Below, in pieces: positions 11,920 to 25,045 of a stretch of 64,000 bases of DNA (its first letter is position 1; each line of letters starts with the position of its first letter). The position numbers and the translations under genes were made by a program. The DNA comes from Takakia lepidozioides (Eukaryota > Plantae > Bryophyta), in contig CM060731.1 of NCBI GenBank assembly GCA_030704615.1, positions 3,844,001 to 3,908,000 of the forward strand, written 5' to 3'. Below the pieces are notes generated by a model. It made no database searches and was not told the DNA's origin. It saw nothing but the letters and a program-made list of their open reading frames with translations.

Positions 11920-14900
11920 TCACCCCCTCCTCTAGCACTGAGTTCCTTGAGGAGCGGTAAAATCTTAGATTTGCTTAGAGTTGGAGAAATCCAAAATCCG
12001 GCGAATGGTACTTGCCAAGTATTCGGCTTTTCGTTCTTGACTCAAATGGTTTATACGTCCCTGCAACCATTGATAGTGTCAAACACCTTGAACTTGGGAC
12101 CACGCAGTGATTTGAGCATTCTGATTTTCGAAGCTGCCTTCAAACATGATTTTGTTGCCCTCTGGGTCCGAAGCCTCAACCTCCAACAGAATTATCAAAC
12201 TTCGAATAGACTCCACTTGCCGTCGTACGGAGTCCAGACGAGGAAGTACACGTCGCATTGGTGGCCCATCGTCTCGAGAGCGACGACGTGATGTTGAAGG
12301 TCGTGACAGTCGGAACGGCTGATCTGGTAGTTGGGTAAGTGACAACTTCAATGTATCTGGTTCCTATGACTCCATGCTGCCAATACAAGATGCAAGAGTA
12401 CTGGAAGTGTAGCTATATATACTGATGTGTGGTGCTCCTCCCTCCTTAGTGTGTATCAGGTACATTGAATGTGGAGTCTTCGCCTTGAAGCTAACTTGAC
12501 TGACATCATCGTTGCGACGTCTTATTGACGTTTAGCTCGGGGCTTAGCTGGATATCGTTGATGAAACTCTTGGACTTTGTCAGATGCATTGGCGAGGTTA
12601 GATGAAGGTTCCCATGTTCGTTCGCTGATGTCGTAGCATTTCCAATGTCCGAAATACTTAAGATGTTTATACTTGATGCGAGCGTTTAGGACTTCATCAA
12701 CTTCATACTCGATTTCCTGATTGACTTCGATTGGTGGAGATGGTACGGAGACTCTCCCTGGATATTCGATGGATGATACAATCCCAATAATGAAACATGA
12801 AAGATGATGGATGCGCATACTTCGTGGGAGGTCAAGCCGAAAACTGACCGGATTTATTTGTCGAATAATTTGAATGGTCCTAAGGCGTAATAATCCAACT
12901 TCTTGATGGTCGCGAGGTTTGTATGTCCCGTCGAAGAAGCCAACACGATCCCCCAACCCTTCAACTGGGGTTGGAGTTGGCGACGTTGATCTGCATACTC
13001 CTTGTATTGTTTTGAGCTTTGGTGAGGTGAAATGTAGCCATTGTGAATCGTAGCAAGATGAGTAGCAAGGTTTTCTGCAGCAGAGGGCTTCCATAGCTTC
13101 ATGTGGAAAGGGTTTGCTCGAGGATGATGACACTAATTGGAGAAAAATGGAGTTTGCTTGGTCGAAGAATGTATAGTGTTGTTGTAGGCAAACTCAACCA
13201 ATGACAGAAGGTCCGTCTAATTATCTTGGTCATAATTTCTCATACAGCGGAGATATTGCTCCAAAATCTGGTTACCGTTCGGTTTGACCATCAGTCTGTG
13301 GATGATAGCTGTAGAGAGGTTGATCTTAGATCCAATATGTGAAATAAATCCCCTCCAGAAATTTGATATGAACTGTGGTCCTCGATCAGATACGTTGACC
13401 TTCGGGAGTCCATGAATGTGGTAGATATTATTGAGGAAGAGTATTGCAGTTTCCTCGTAACGTCTTATACATGGAATGAAATGTGTCATCTTCGTAAAAA
13501 CGATCTACAATAAAAGGATTGATGAATCGGTGGTCTTGGAAATTGGAAGGTCCGTTATAAAGTCCATAGACACGGACGACCATGGACCCTTGGAAGGTAA
13601 TGGTGAAGAAGGCCGTAGGTGATGTCGTGGTTCTTCGCTTCTAGCACATGGGTCGCAAGATGTTATTTATAATTTTTTCAGAGGTTTTACATCTGCGGCC
13701 CACCAATAGTCCCTGGATATCAATTCCATTGTTTTGTGAAGCTGAAATGTGGCAGCGGAGGAAGGAAGATCATGAATGTTTGAAGAATTCGAAGTCGTGT
13801 AGGTCCTAGAGGTACATAGAGAAGTCCCTTGAAATAAAGTAAGTATCTTTTAATTCGAAGTCGTTTGTAACATGTGGGTTATCTCGAGATCGATTTAGTG
13901 ACTTGTAGTGTCGTAACAAATTAATCGCTCTTCAGTGCTTCCTGAATCTCCTTAGATCTATCTACATCGTCATATGTGGACATGGATAACATATTCAAGT
14001 GGAGATTGCTAGTTTCAAGATGATGGCTTTCTGTTGGTCAAAAACTACATCCCATTCTTTTGCGCAAGATACGATCGTCGAGAAAGAGCATCTGGTTTTC
14101 CTGAAAATGTCCGGGACAGGAAGTACTAACAAAATCAACCTGCTAGTGACATACTCCATCTCGCTTGAGTCGATTCAAACACCGAGCAATATAAATACTC
14201 GAGGTTTTGTGATCGGTATAGGACTGTGACCTGATGTTTAGCTCCCTCTAATAGAGACGCCACTCCTCAAAAAACATCGATAATCGTAGAAGTTCTGTGC
14301 ATGGATTCATAATGACTCCGCAGCGGAAAAATTTGCGAGAACGAAAAACCAAAGGGTGAAGTTGGCCTTTTGTACGTAGTGAGAGAGTATTCGCGCCAAG
14401 TGCAAAGTCCGAGCATCTGCTCCAAAAAGAATGGTTTGATGGGTATGTCATGTACAGTATTGGAGCCATTGTAAATGTCTGCTTCAGCCTTTCAAATGCT
14501 TGGTCAGCCTTCTCGTCCCATACAAAATTGTCATTCCCTGTGGTGTGTCAAGATGCAGCGATTTGGAGTAGTCTTGATGAAGATTCTATAAAAATTACAA
14601 ATCCTAGAAAAATTGTACATCCTCGGACAGAAGTGGTTTAATCCACTCGATGATGGTTTGTATTTTCTTCTGATCCATAAATACTCATTTGTCGGAAATA
14701 ATGTAGCCCAAAATTCGATTTCGAGATTGGTGGAAAAGACATTTTCCAACTTGTTTATATCGTTCTTTTTCTCCAATTATCAAAGACAAGCGTACATGAC
14801 GACCATGTCTCTCCATTTGTGAAAAATATCCAAATGTCGTCCAAATAGATGGACTACAAAGTCATCTAAAAATTCTCGAAATATGTCATTCATTATGTGT

Positions 14901-16260
14901 TGAAAAAATTGCTGAAGCATTTGTAAGACCGAAAGACAAACACTTATTCGAAATGTCCGTACCTTGTGCGAAAAACAGTCTTCATTCGTCTCATTCTTTT
15001 ATTCATACAGGTTGTAAGCTCATCTCAAGTCGATCTTGTGAAAAAATTTGCTCGTCCAAGTTGTTCGAGGGTCCGGAAATCAGCGGTAATGGGTAACGTT
15101 TTTATAGTGACTTTGTTGAGCCCACGATAGTCCTACACATGCGTAACGATCCGTCTTCTTTCACAAATAAGATAGGTGCTCCGGGGTGTGATTTCAAATG
15201 TCGAATGAACTTCTTTGACAAATTTTCATCAATGTATTCGCGTTACGCAGCCAGCTCCGTTGAGATAAATGTAGATCGGGCCGAATGGTGGTTTGAGTTC
15301 TTCTTGCAACTCAATTGCACAATCATAACGGGCGATGTTTGGCAACATATCTGCATTTTTTTTCTCGGGAAGACATCCTTGACATCTGATATTGAGGGGG
15401 GTAATGTCGAAGTACCTGGTCTGTTTGGTTTTTGATCGGTAGTCGCATAAAGTGCAAATGTCGCGTTTTTTTTGTAGCTCTTATGAAGGCTTTAGCTCAA
15501 GAAACAGGGGTTGACTAACCTTTGGTACTTTGCATTTTTTGTCTTGCCGAATTTTTGTGATTGCTAGTCGATGTCCGGATTATGAAGTACAAACCAAGGA
15601 AATCCAAGGATCACAGGATTCGTTGGAGACTGGATGAATTGATGGAAAACAATCTGTGATGCTGATTGATTTTAAGCTTCACTTCAAGGGGTCGCGAGTT
15701 TCATGGTCAATATTTCCTGATGCTAACGATCGTCCATCGATGACTTCAACAGGGGCCGAGAATTTCTTTCTTACGAGCGTTAAATTGTGTTGCTTCGCAA
15801 AGTCTTTGTCAATAAAACGCGAAGCGCCTGAGTCCAAAAGTGTTTCTACAGAGATATCTCCGATTTTGCATCATGATCTTTACTGGAACTATGAAACAAG
15901 GTAATTTTGATTGGAGGTAGAAATAGACCTTTTTGGTGAGGAATTTGGGGTGTCCAGCCGCATGGTTTCTAAAACAGGGTACATTTTGATGACACCTTCA
16001 CCTTCCCCATGCTTCATACAACCATCCATCATAATTACTCGAAAAGTGACTCCCGATGCATGTTGGCAACAAGATGATCGGCAAGTTCAGTTTTTTTTTA
16101 TCGGCATAAAGCAGATCACAGTGTATGCATCTGTATTGTCGTCTATTAGACGCACCAAGTTCATGGACCCTTGCCCTCGTGTAGGCCTCGCATATGAGGA
16201 CTCATATTCATCAGTATCATTGTATCGCGGTATCCCTCCGGTTCTCTATCATTTGCCTCC
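11350..16260 (-). mobile_element. Degenerate Ty3/Gypsy chromovirus LTR retrotransposon (5' part missing)
   Basis: Minus-strand order: protease (LLDSGAS, ~15830), RT (~15250-14700), RNase H (DFALGA, HPLVFRSRKF), integrase (SDRGPQFISNFW), chromodomain (EYEVDEVLNARI...WEPSSNL, 12522-12720), PPT AGAGGAGGGGG, 3' LTR. Many frameshifts. Confidence 0.93.
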
Positions 16261-17499
16261 CTCATCGTGAATGCGCAGTCTCCCCAACAATTGCAGCGCC
16301 AACGTGAAAAACCTAACATTCCAATATCTAGCATAACTCACGCAACGACATTTTTGAACCCTGAAATTGCATGCATGGGCGTTCAACCCCCTAAAACCTC
16401 TAACAATGGAGTGCATGAGCCTAAACCTAAACCCTAAACACCAAACCAAAATGAAAGGACTTCAAATAATATGAAATATCTCCGTAGGAGAGTGTCATGG
16501 CCGCCATATGTGCACGTCCTGCAGCTCACAACTAAACTATGGAAACAACCCTTATCGAGGTCGCTCTTTCAAATACCAAGCAAAGAATCATGCAATAAAG
16601 TTGTACTCACGTACAATTTGTAACACACAAAAGAATAAGCGTCTACCCTAAACTCCATATGAAAAAAGTGTGAGTGTTCACCTCAGCTTCATGTCAATGC
16701 TTGCATGAGTGCCCATAAGTACCAACAGCCCCACTTTGCAGTTTCCTAAGTAGGTAGTGAGAAAACGATACAGACGGGGCGGTAGTGTGCATTAAGGCTA
16801 GCACACACATACTTATCTAGTTCACTCATTTACCTGCTATTGCCCTGATTGATCTGTTCCCTCCTTTTCAGTATCTCTACTTTGGAATGTCCCACATTTC
16901 TGAACCTATGCATAAATATAGTGAAAGTACCCACAAAGAAGGGAACCTGCGAAGAGATTGGGTTGTCGGGATGCTCGATGCAGAACTCACTCACCCACAG
17001 GACCTGCACGCAATTCAGATTTGGAGTGGAAGCGGTGCAACCATTGAAGACGGCCACAACATCCTGCTTCGTATGCCGATTCTCCATTCCTATCCACAAA
17101 CTCGACCTGCATGACGGGACACGGTACGCCAACGCCATCAAGCGCAACGATAGCGACATTTTGCGATGCCTGCCAACAACGCAACGTCCTGTCTCATCTG
17201 ATACGTCTATTCCACCTACCCTCATCATTTTACATGCAATGCCATACCATGTATGCAATGGATGCAAGCTGTGGCATGGGGAGGATGAAGGCATGCAGGG
17301 GGATGGGGGACGATGCCATGCATGAGGTGAGGATGGGAGGCGGGATGGGGATAGGTGAGAGGACATGTGTCATGTCCTGGCAGAGGGTACATGAGGCACG
17401 GGAGGGCTGCCGCGCGGTTTGCGGGCGACGGACTGGGGGGGTGGGGCGGGGTCCACGCTGGTTGAACCGGCTCCCTCGCATTGAACTCCAAGGCACCAT

Positions 17500-17591
17500 C
17501 TATTACTTGGCCACTTGCACACACACACAGGAGATTGCACTTGGGCTTAGATGACACTTGACACTTGGGCCAACGGCACAGGCTACCCTAT
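17500..17591 (+). mobile_element. Helitron 3'-end fragment, same family as 52950-55210
   Basis: ggagattgcacttgggcttagatgacacttgacacttgggccaacggcacaggctacccta matches 54620-54670. Confidence 0.65.
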
Positions 17592-17764
17592 ATAAGTTAA
17601 TCTGCTTGATAATGTCATGGTGTTTGTAGCTGAATAAAGGAACCTCCCAGGGTTGAACCCCAGACCCACCGGCCAAAGCAATATGTGTGAGCGGGCTCTA
17701 GGCCAAGCGAATTTGAACCCATGACTACCTGCCAAGCAGGCTCGTTGTAAGAGGAGGCGTCTGC

Positions 17765-18911
17765 ATGCGGAGCAGAGCGATGGCGGGGTGGTTGGGTGCG
17801 CTCCTCCTCCGCAGGGCAGTGTGGGCAGCGGGCAGCCATGGGCCGGGAGGCCTCGCCTCACGCACCACATTCCTGCTCCCGCATGTGGAGCTCTACAGCT
17901 TGCTAATTTCGGGGTCTAGTCCCTGGCAAGTGTTTCCTTCCCAGGTTGCAGGGATACCGAGGAAAGGTGTGGATTTGCCGGTTTTCGTTGCCGTCTTTTA
18001 TTTGGGGTCTCAGCACTATAGAGGATTCAGGCATGATGGCATAAACTACGCCTCCTTTGGCAGAAGAGGATAAATCTTTGGTCGTTCAAGGGCTCTAATC
18101 GACATCCTTGTACACCTCTGGTAGCTCTTGAAAAAATGTACAGCAGCAAGACCACATTGAATTTCTATGAGCGGCAGAGAGATTTTCATGGCTTGCTTTT
18201 GGCCACAGCCCTTTTGGATACCTTTTTCAGGAATACGCACGAGTTTTTTTTGGAGAGACAGAGAGAGAGAGATTTTATGGTGTTCTAAACTAGCATTTCT
18301 CAATGAACTCAGGCCATCAGGAGCTGCTACAGATTATATCCGGTGTGTGCATGCAGGCCTAGCTATAAGCATAGAACATCTTTGGCAGGAGTTCACGTCA
18401 GATGCTTCACACTGGTGGGACAACAGGCCTGACAAGGTGGGGCTATCTCAATTTTACCCAAATCATTTCTAGTTTGCAGAATAAATTGGCTTCAATATTA
18501 ATTCGCCCAAACCTGGGATATTCTTGTTTTTGGGACTGGATCACAGTTTCAGGTGATGCAGTTGATGACAGGCAAGTCTGTCGCACCTGCCATAGCGGTT
18601 CTCATAGTTGGGTCAGTCTATTGCTAATCCATGATACATTTATATTGGTTAGTCAATGTTGTGTCCAGTTGTTTGAAGTGATGCTTGTGGAGCTTTGGTG
18701 TTTGAACCTGATGCTCAGCTGCAAATGTGTGATTTTTACAGAAAAGTCGAATACCGCAGAACTCCAGATATAAGAACACAAAGGAGGTCCTATCGACTAG
18801 TGTTTGGCTGAATCCCCCTTGGCTGACATCAGAGCTAGTGGGCATGATACAAGGTGGAGAACAACTTACTGTCGATATACGCCATACAGCTGCAGGCCAA
18901 GAATACAATGG
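17765..18911 (+). CDS. Upstream exons of PPR paralogue 1: targeting-peptide-like exon plus OSB-type PDF motif exons
   Basis: Exons 17765-17966 (MRSRAMAGWLGALLLRRAVW..., phase-1 GT), 18357-18436 (LAISIEHLWQEFTSDASHWWDNRPDK) and 18742-18911 (KSRIPQNSRYKNTKEVLSTSVWLNPPWLTSEL...) are all GT-AG and mutually in frame. The homologous acceptor of the PPR exon is AT rather than AG at 19118-19119. Confidence 0.7.
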
Positions 18912-19105
18912 GTATTGTTTTGGTGGTGATTCAGGGGCTCTCTATGCTTGAATACATAATCTGTGACATGCTTCAATTTAAAAATTGGCACATTTACTCT
19001 CAACGTAGAGGGCGACAATAGTTTTTAGCCCTGTTAATATGTTGCAAGAAGGCTAAGTGAGATATGATGGGAGTTGGAGTGTAAAGGCTTACAGTACTTA
19101 AGAGT

Positions 19106-21274
19106 TTGGAGTCATGCATGACAGAAGGGATGAATAAGACAAATTCGTTTGTCAGCCATCAGGATGGCACCAGGGGTAGTGCATCCACCACCACCAGTGT
19201 TGTTGAAAGAGGCTCAATGGAGGGAGTCAACGGAAGCTCTTTTGGAACTTGTGAGGATGTGAGGACAACATGTAAGGCAGGACGGCTGGAAGAGGCGCTG
19301 CACATTTTGAGCCAACGGGGCCGTCAAGCAGACTGCACCACTTATCTCTGTCTCTTGCAGGAGTGCATCAATGTGAAAGCCATAGCAAAGGGAAAGCAGG
19401 TGCATGCCCACATTATCCAAAATGGATTCAAAACAAACACCCTTCTGCTCAATACCCTTGTCAACATGTATGCCAAGTGTGGGAGCCTGGTAGATGCCCG
19501 CCAAGTGTTTGAAGAAATGCCTGAACGAGATATGTTTACATGGACAATAATGATAACCGGATATGCCAAGCAAGGGTATGGTAGGGAGGCTTTGAAGATC
19601 TATGAGGAAATGCGATGGGAAGGGGTGATTCCTGACAGGGTCACGTTCAGTTGCATTCTCAATGCGTGTGCCAGCCTAGGAGCCCTGGAACAGGGCAAAC
19701 AAGTCCATGCGGACATTGTCAGAGCTGGATTGGTGTCAGATCTCATTCTAGAGACCTCCCTCGCCGATATGTATGCCAAATGTGGGAGCATGAAGGACGC
19801 TCGAAAAGTATTCGATAATATGGCTAAAGGAGATGTGGTCACATGGAGTGCAATGATCGCAGGATATGCTAAGCATGGGGGCGGTAAGGAGGCATTGGAG
19901 ATATATGAGCAAATGCAACAGGAAAGGGTGACCCCCAACAGAGTCACATTTATTTGTGTTCTTAATGCGTGTGCCAGCCTACAAGCCCTCGAAAAGGGCA
20001 GAGAGGTCCATGGTAATATAATCAATGCTGGAATTTCACCATATATTAATTTGGAGAATACCCTTGTGGACATGTATGCTAAGTGTGGAAGCATGAAGGA
20101 TGCACATGGTGTCTTTGACAATATGGCTAAGCGGGATGTGGTGTCTTGGAGTGCAATGATTGCAGGATATGCTCAGAATGGTTGTGGTAGGGAGGCTTTT
20201 GAGATATATTTGCACATGCAACAAGAAGCGGTGATGCCTAACAGAGTCACATTCATTTCCGTACTGAATGCATGTTCCATCCTAGGACAGCTTGAAAAGG
20301 GCAAAGAGGTCCATGTTGATATCATCAATGCTGGAACTGCACCATATATAAACTTGGAGAATGCCCTTGTTGACATGTATGCAAAGTGTGGGAGCATGAA
20401 GGATGCACGCCAAGTGTTTGACAAGATGGCTAAACGAGATGCAGTCTCATGGAGTGTGATGATTGCAGGTTATGCTCAGCATGGGTGTGGTCGGGAGGGT
20501 TTAAAGATCTATGAACAAATGCAACAAGAAGGAGTGACACCTGGCAGTGTCACATTTATATGTGTTCTAAATGCGTGTGCTCGGCTAGGAGCCCTGGAAA
20601 AGGGCAGTGAGATCCATGCTGACATCAATAGAGCTGGAATTGCCTCATGTGTTGATCTGGAGACTGCCCTTGCCGACATGTATGCCAACTGCGGGAGCAT
20701 CAAGGATGCACGCCAAGTGTTTGAGAATATGGCTGAACGAGATACGGTGTCATGGAGTGCAATGATCAGAGGATATGCTCAACATGGGTGTGGTAGGGAG
20801 GCGTTGGACATATATGAGCAAATGCAACAAGGAGGCATGCAGCCGGACAGTGTCACCTTTATATCTCTTCTCTCTGTGTGCAGCCATGCGGGCCTAGTGG
20901 ATGAAGGCCTTCATTACTTTGAATCCATGAGTCAAGATCATGGCCTAACTCCCACAGTAGAGCATTTTGGCTGCATGGTGGACCTTCTTGGCCGGGTAGG
21001 GCAATTGGATGAGGCAAAGGGCTTCATTCACAGAATGCCCATGAAACCAGATGCTGGGGTGTGGATGTCCCTGCTTGGTGCCTGCAGAATTCATGGTGAT
21101 GTAGAGGGAGCAGAATGTGCTGCAAAAAGCATTCTTGAGAGTGATCCACAGCATGCTGCAGCTTTGGCGCTGCTATCAAACATCTATGCTGCAGGTGGCA
21201 GGTGGGACAATAAAGCAAGGATAAGAAGAATGATGGAGGCCACAATTGTCAGCAAGGAGCCAGGTTACAGCTAA
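19106..21274 (+). CDS. PLS-class PPR protein (paralogue 1), E domain, stops at the PG box; DYW lost
   Basis: 722-aa ORF with regular P-L-S triplets (5x MYAxCGS), [36 protein letters not shown]; ends KEPGYS*. Confidence 0.92.
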   Translation: MESCMTEGMNKTNSFVSHQDGTRGSASTTTSVVERGSMEGVNGSSFGTCEDVRTTCKAGRLEEALHILSQRGRQADCTTYLCLLQECINVKAIAKGKQVHAHIIQNGFKTNTLLLNTLVNMYAKCGSLVDARQVFEEMPERDMFTWTIMITGYAKQGYGREALKIYEEMRWEGVIPDRVTFSCILNACASLGALEQGKQVHADIVRAGLVSDLILETSLADMYAKCGSMKDARKVFDNMAKGDVVTWSAMIAGYAKHGGGKEALEIYEQMQQERVTPNRVTFICVLNACASLQALEKGREVHGNIINAGISPYINLENTLVDMYAKCGSMKDAHGVFDNMAKRDVVSWSAMIAGYAQNGCGREAFEIYLHMQQEAVMPNRVTFISVLNACSILGQLEKGKEVHVDIINAGTAPYINLENALVDMYAKCGSMKDARQVFDKMAKRDAVSWSVMIAGYAQHGCGREGLKIYEQMQQEGVTPGSVTFICVLNACARLGALEKGSEIHADINRAGIASCVDLETALADMYANCGSIKDARQVFENMAERDTVSWSAMIRGYAQHGCGREALDIYEQMQQGGMQPDSVTFISLLSVCSHAGLVDEGLHYFESMSQDHGLTPTVEHFGCMVDLLGRVGQLDEAKGFIHRMPMKPDAGVWMSLLGACRIHGDVEGAECAAKSILESDPQHAAALALLSNIYAAGGRWDNKARIRRMMEATIVSKEPGYS

Positions 21275-21615
21275 ATTTACTTCACAAGCAGCTGGATACA
21301 TTCTTTGCATAGGACAAAAACTGCAACCCCTAATCAAGAAATTTATGCTAATCTCAAGGGATTATCGAGGCGGATGAAGGTGGCCAAGTTTGTCCCTGAC
21401 ATGTGGTTGGTACTGCATGATTTCGAGGAGGAGCAAAAGGAATTCTTGGTTTGCCTCTACAGTGACAAGAATGCAATTGCTCTTGAGCTGGTCAGCCCCA
21501 CCAGGATGTTTATACCTCCACAATGGTGACTGTGTTGTTGGAACAGTTTTTGTATGAGACGCCAACCACTGTCACTATTTTCAAGATCTGATTTGTCTTC
21601 TGTATGTTACTAGTG
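21275..21615 (+). pseudogene. Decayed DYW domain of paralogue 1
   Basis: QEIYANLKGLSRRMKVAKFVPDMWLVLHDFEEEQKEFLVCLYSDKNAIA (HSE changed to YSD), then frameshifted remnants of RDANRFHHF. Confidence 0.85.
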
Positions 21616-22374
21616 AAACAACAATCGGCCATGAAAGAAAGTCTGCCAGGCTAAACATGAGGATGGGAATGTCATAATTCTCAATGTGTTTCAAGTGAAA
21701 AGTGTAGTGAATGGAAACCATGTGGTACAGTCAAACCATGTGCTGCATCTACTGTGCGCTGCCCAAAGTGATGATCATGGTGTACGTATGGTTATCAAAC
21801 AGATGCAGTGGAGTAATTGGAGTAACATTATAGCAGAGGATATTTTGAGAGATTGAAGGGTACAGTATGCATGGAAAAGGTCCTGCCAAAGGTGTTGATC
21901 ACTATTTACTTATGGTTATCAAACAGAAGCACTGGAGTCTTGTAAAACCTTATTGCACAGGATACTTCGACAGATTGCAGGGTACAGTATGCATGAAGAA
22001 GTTCCTGAAGTCAATGGGGGTTGAAAGTTTTGCACCAGAAAATTTGAACAAGACTGCTCAAGAGTACTGAGGTATACTATTTCAAAGGTAAATTTCCTTT
22101 GGGCAGTGTTTAAATATCTATTGATACATGAGCTTCTACTTGCATGGGCATCTACCCTGGCAAGGCTGCAAGTGATACCTGCTCAGCCTTGGGAATCCAA
22201 AGAATGGTACAAATGCAATTCTTCATGGGTCTAAAAGCTGTGTGTGTTGAGCAATCCAGGCTCACGTTGGTGTGGACCCATATTTCTGATATTGTGGCCT
22301 TTTCGGTTGAAGGAGTACACTTCATATTGGATTTCTCATTCTTCTATTCATTTTGAGTGTGTGATGGATGGGGA

Positions 22375-22560
22375 GAGAGAATATACTCATGTTTGCGGTA
22401 TCATTGTGGCCATAGATGTGGGGCCTTGTGCCCTTGTGCCGAGCTTGGACGGAAACAGAGGGAACGGACAGTATCTTTGCGAGGGGCTCACTCCAGTAGG
22501 GCAAGAATACCCCGGACAATGTATCACATGGTTATTGTCTGCAGGTTGCCCGCCCATCGG
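22375..22560 (-). mobile_element. Short 3'-end fragment of a related non-LTR element
   Basis: Reverse complement ggagtgagcccctcgcaaagatactgtccgttccctctgtttcc...atctatggccacaatgataccgcaaaca matches 32126-32216. Confidence 0.6.
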
Positions 22561-22816
22561 GCAATTACAATTCTCTGCATATGCTTTTTGTTCAAAGGTA
22601 GGCTCCACGCCCTGAGTTTAAATTCTGTCTACTGCCGAAGGTAGGTAGGCCCTTCAGATCACCCTTAAGGTAGGGCCCATATCATAGACTGGAAAGGGGG
22701 GGAGAGAGAGGGAGAGCTTTGGCCTCTTCTCCTCTTTTGTTAGGGTCACCTTCTCTGGGGATGTTGTTTGACCACTCTCCTCTCACAGGTCTTTCTCTGT
22801 CTTTGATCTTTGGGGG

Positions 22817-24056
22817 CTAGAGGCTAATGTCAGCAAATGTGCAGTGGTAGCATTCAACGACAGAGGAGAGGGAGGAAGTGATCTTAAGTGGCAGTGGGGT
22901 AGCCAAGAGATCCCGGTCCTCCCTTCCTACACTTACCTGGGCGTTGAGTTTTCCTCCAATTGTAATTGGGATGCACATATCCGGAAAGTTGTTCAAACTG
23001 GCAAGGGCAAAGCTCTGGGGCTCACTAAATTTTTCCACTGCAGAGGGGTCAACTCTGAGGTTAAGAAAACCATGCTTTGCCACGTTAATAGACCTGCCTT
23101 GGAGTACGGATCTGCTATATGGGTTGATAACTCCAACCAGGCTAAGTCTCTAGAATCCATTCAAGTGGGGGTGCTTAAGGAGTGTATGTCAGCATGCTCC
23201 AAAACAGCCAGTGTGGCTGTTCGGGGTGAGTTTGGCATTCCGTCCTTAAGCTCCCGATGAGATGAATTCAAGGTCAGATGGTGGGGTCAGCTGCAACATA
23301 TGCCCAACACCAGATATCCTAAGTTAGAAACAGGACCGCCCTGTCAAACAGGCTAAGTCCTGGCAGAAGAGAGTAGAAGAGATTCTCAAGGACCTGGACC
23401 TGGATCTGCAAGTCTTGACCCTGCTGGATAAATCTGACTTAGAGGCTGTAGTGTCCGAAGCCATGTCTGTTGCCATGAGATTGTCTGATGAAAATGAAGT
23501 TAGGCAGAAAACTTCCCTGAACTTGTTTCCAGTCAGTGACATGGGGGAGGACATCTTGGATGACCTCAAGGGTCTACCCACTCTCGGCACTAGACTGAAA
23601 TTTAAACTCAGGGCAGGAAGCCTACCTTTGAACAGCAAACAGAAGCAGAGAGGAACGGGAGAGTGCAATTGCCCGTTGTGTGGGCAATCTGAAGACAGTA
23701 TTCATTTTCTGATACACTGTCCAGGGTTCTCTCACCAAAGAGACGCTCTCTTCAAATCTATCAAGGGAATTGTGCCTGTACCCGTTTACCAACTTTGAAA
23801 GTCTCGAGGCTGAGCCGAAAGCCCAGGCCCTCCTGAGGCCTAGTTTTTGGGCAAATCACACACAGCAGATTGATGCTTGTGTGAAGGGATTTCTAGAGGA
23901 TATCTGGAAAACCCGGATTAATCTATATATCAAGGTAAGTCTTACTACCAACATCAGCCCCTGACAGAGGTAGGTTCTGTCCCTTTTGTTCCCGCTCAAA
24001 CTGGGCGCGGGGTCAATGGCCACAAGGCTACGGCAAACAACGTCTTATGAGTACAA
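22817..24056 (+). mobile_element. 5'-truncated non-LTR retrotransposon (RT thumb plus CCHC), frameshifted
   Basis: YTYLGVEFSSNCNWDAHI, RPALEYGSAIW, CPLCGQSEDSIHFLIHC; same 3' end (ggcaaacaacgtcttat.agtacaa) as 6773-7495. Confidence 0.9.
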
Positions 24057-24532
24057 TCTGTCCCCTGGGTAGACATTTCTGGCTTGTCAAGGTTGTGCTC
24101 ATGGAGGTTTTTGGGTTGTGAAGTTTGATCTGGGGTGTTTCCTCTTCTCCCGCATAATTACAAGAGAGCAACATTGTTTTTCATGGCTTACTTGCGCTGC
24201 TGTTCTCCTTAAAAAATACTCAACAGTTTTATCTCAGGGTGGTAGTTATGACAAGGCTTGCGCATTCCCATGTACATTCCCCTGCAGTTAGATGTGGTGC
24301 AAGAAGAAAAGCACTCTACCTGATAATATCTCAATTTCCCCCTATTTTCTAAGGCCCCTTGCTCTTTTTAGAAATAGAATTTAAGTACCGCAGAGTAGTT
24401 TTTACCACATTAACACCCATTGTTGCAGTGCAGAGCCACAGTTGCCAGTCATGTCAACGATTGGGTACAAGAGATGGCCTGATTGACATTTCATAAGTGG
24501 CGATGTGGAAAGTATCAGATTGTGCAGCAAAT

Positions 24533-25045
24533 AGCGAGCGATCCACAGCATACTGCAGCTTATGTGCTGCTATTGAACATCTATGCTGCGGCTGGTAGAT
24601 GGGAGGATAAAGCAAAGGTCAGAAAGATGATGGAGGACGGGGGTGTGAGGAAGGACCCAGGGTGTAGCTACATTGAGATCAATACCAAGGTGCATACATT
24701 TGTTTCAGACCCATCCACAAATTAAGGAAATCCAGGCTGAGCTAAAGAGGTTGTTTGGGCTGATAAAGGAGTCTGGGTATATGCCTGACATGCACTGTCG
24801 TGCATGATTTGGAGAAGCAAAAGGGTTTTCTCTTTGCTGACACAGTGACAGACTGGCTATTGCTTTTGGAATCATCAGCACACCCCCTGGGACATCTATC
24901 CGCATCATCGAGAACCTTCAGTGGTGACTGCCACACCGCTACCAAGTTCATTTCAAAGATTGCTTGGTGGACTGTTGTTGTGAGGGGTGCCGTTCATTTT
25001 CACCACTTCGAAGATGGGGCTTGTTCATGTGGGGACTACTGTTGA
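24533..25045 (+). pseudogene. Orphan E2/PG-box/DYW fragment without PPR array
   Basis: [46 protein letters not shown]...[10 protein letters not shown]...[13 protein letters not shown]...[16 protein letters not shown], with several frameshifts. Confidence 0.9.

Noticed and set aside
17620-17760. Two minus-strand GGTTCAA B-box-like motifs suggesting a tRNA gene
   Set aside because: No cloverleaf could be built; at most SINE debris.
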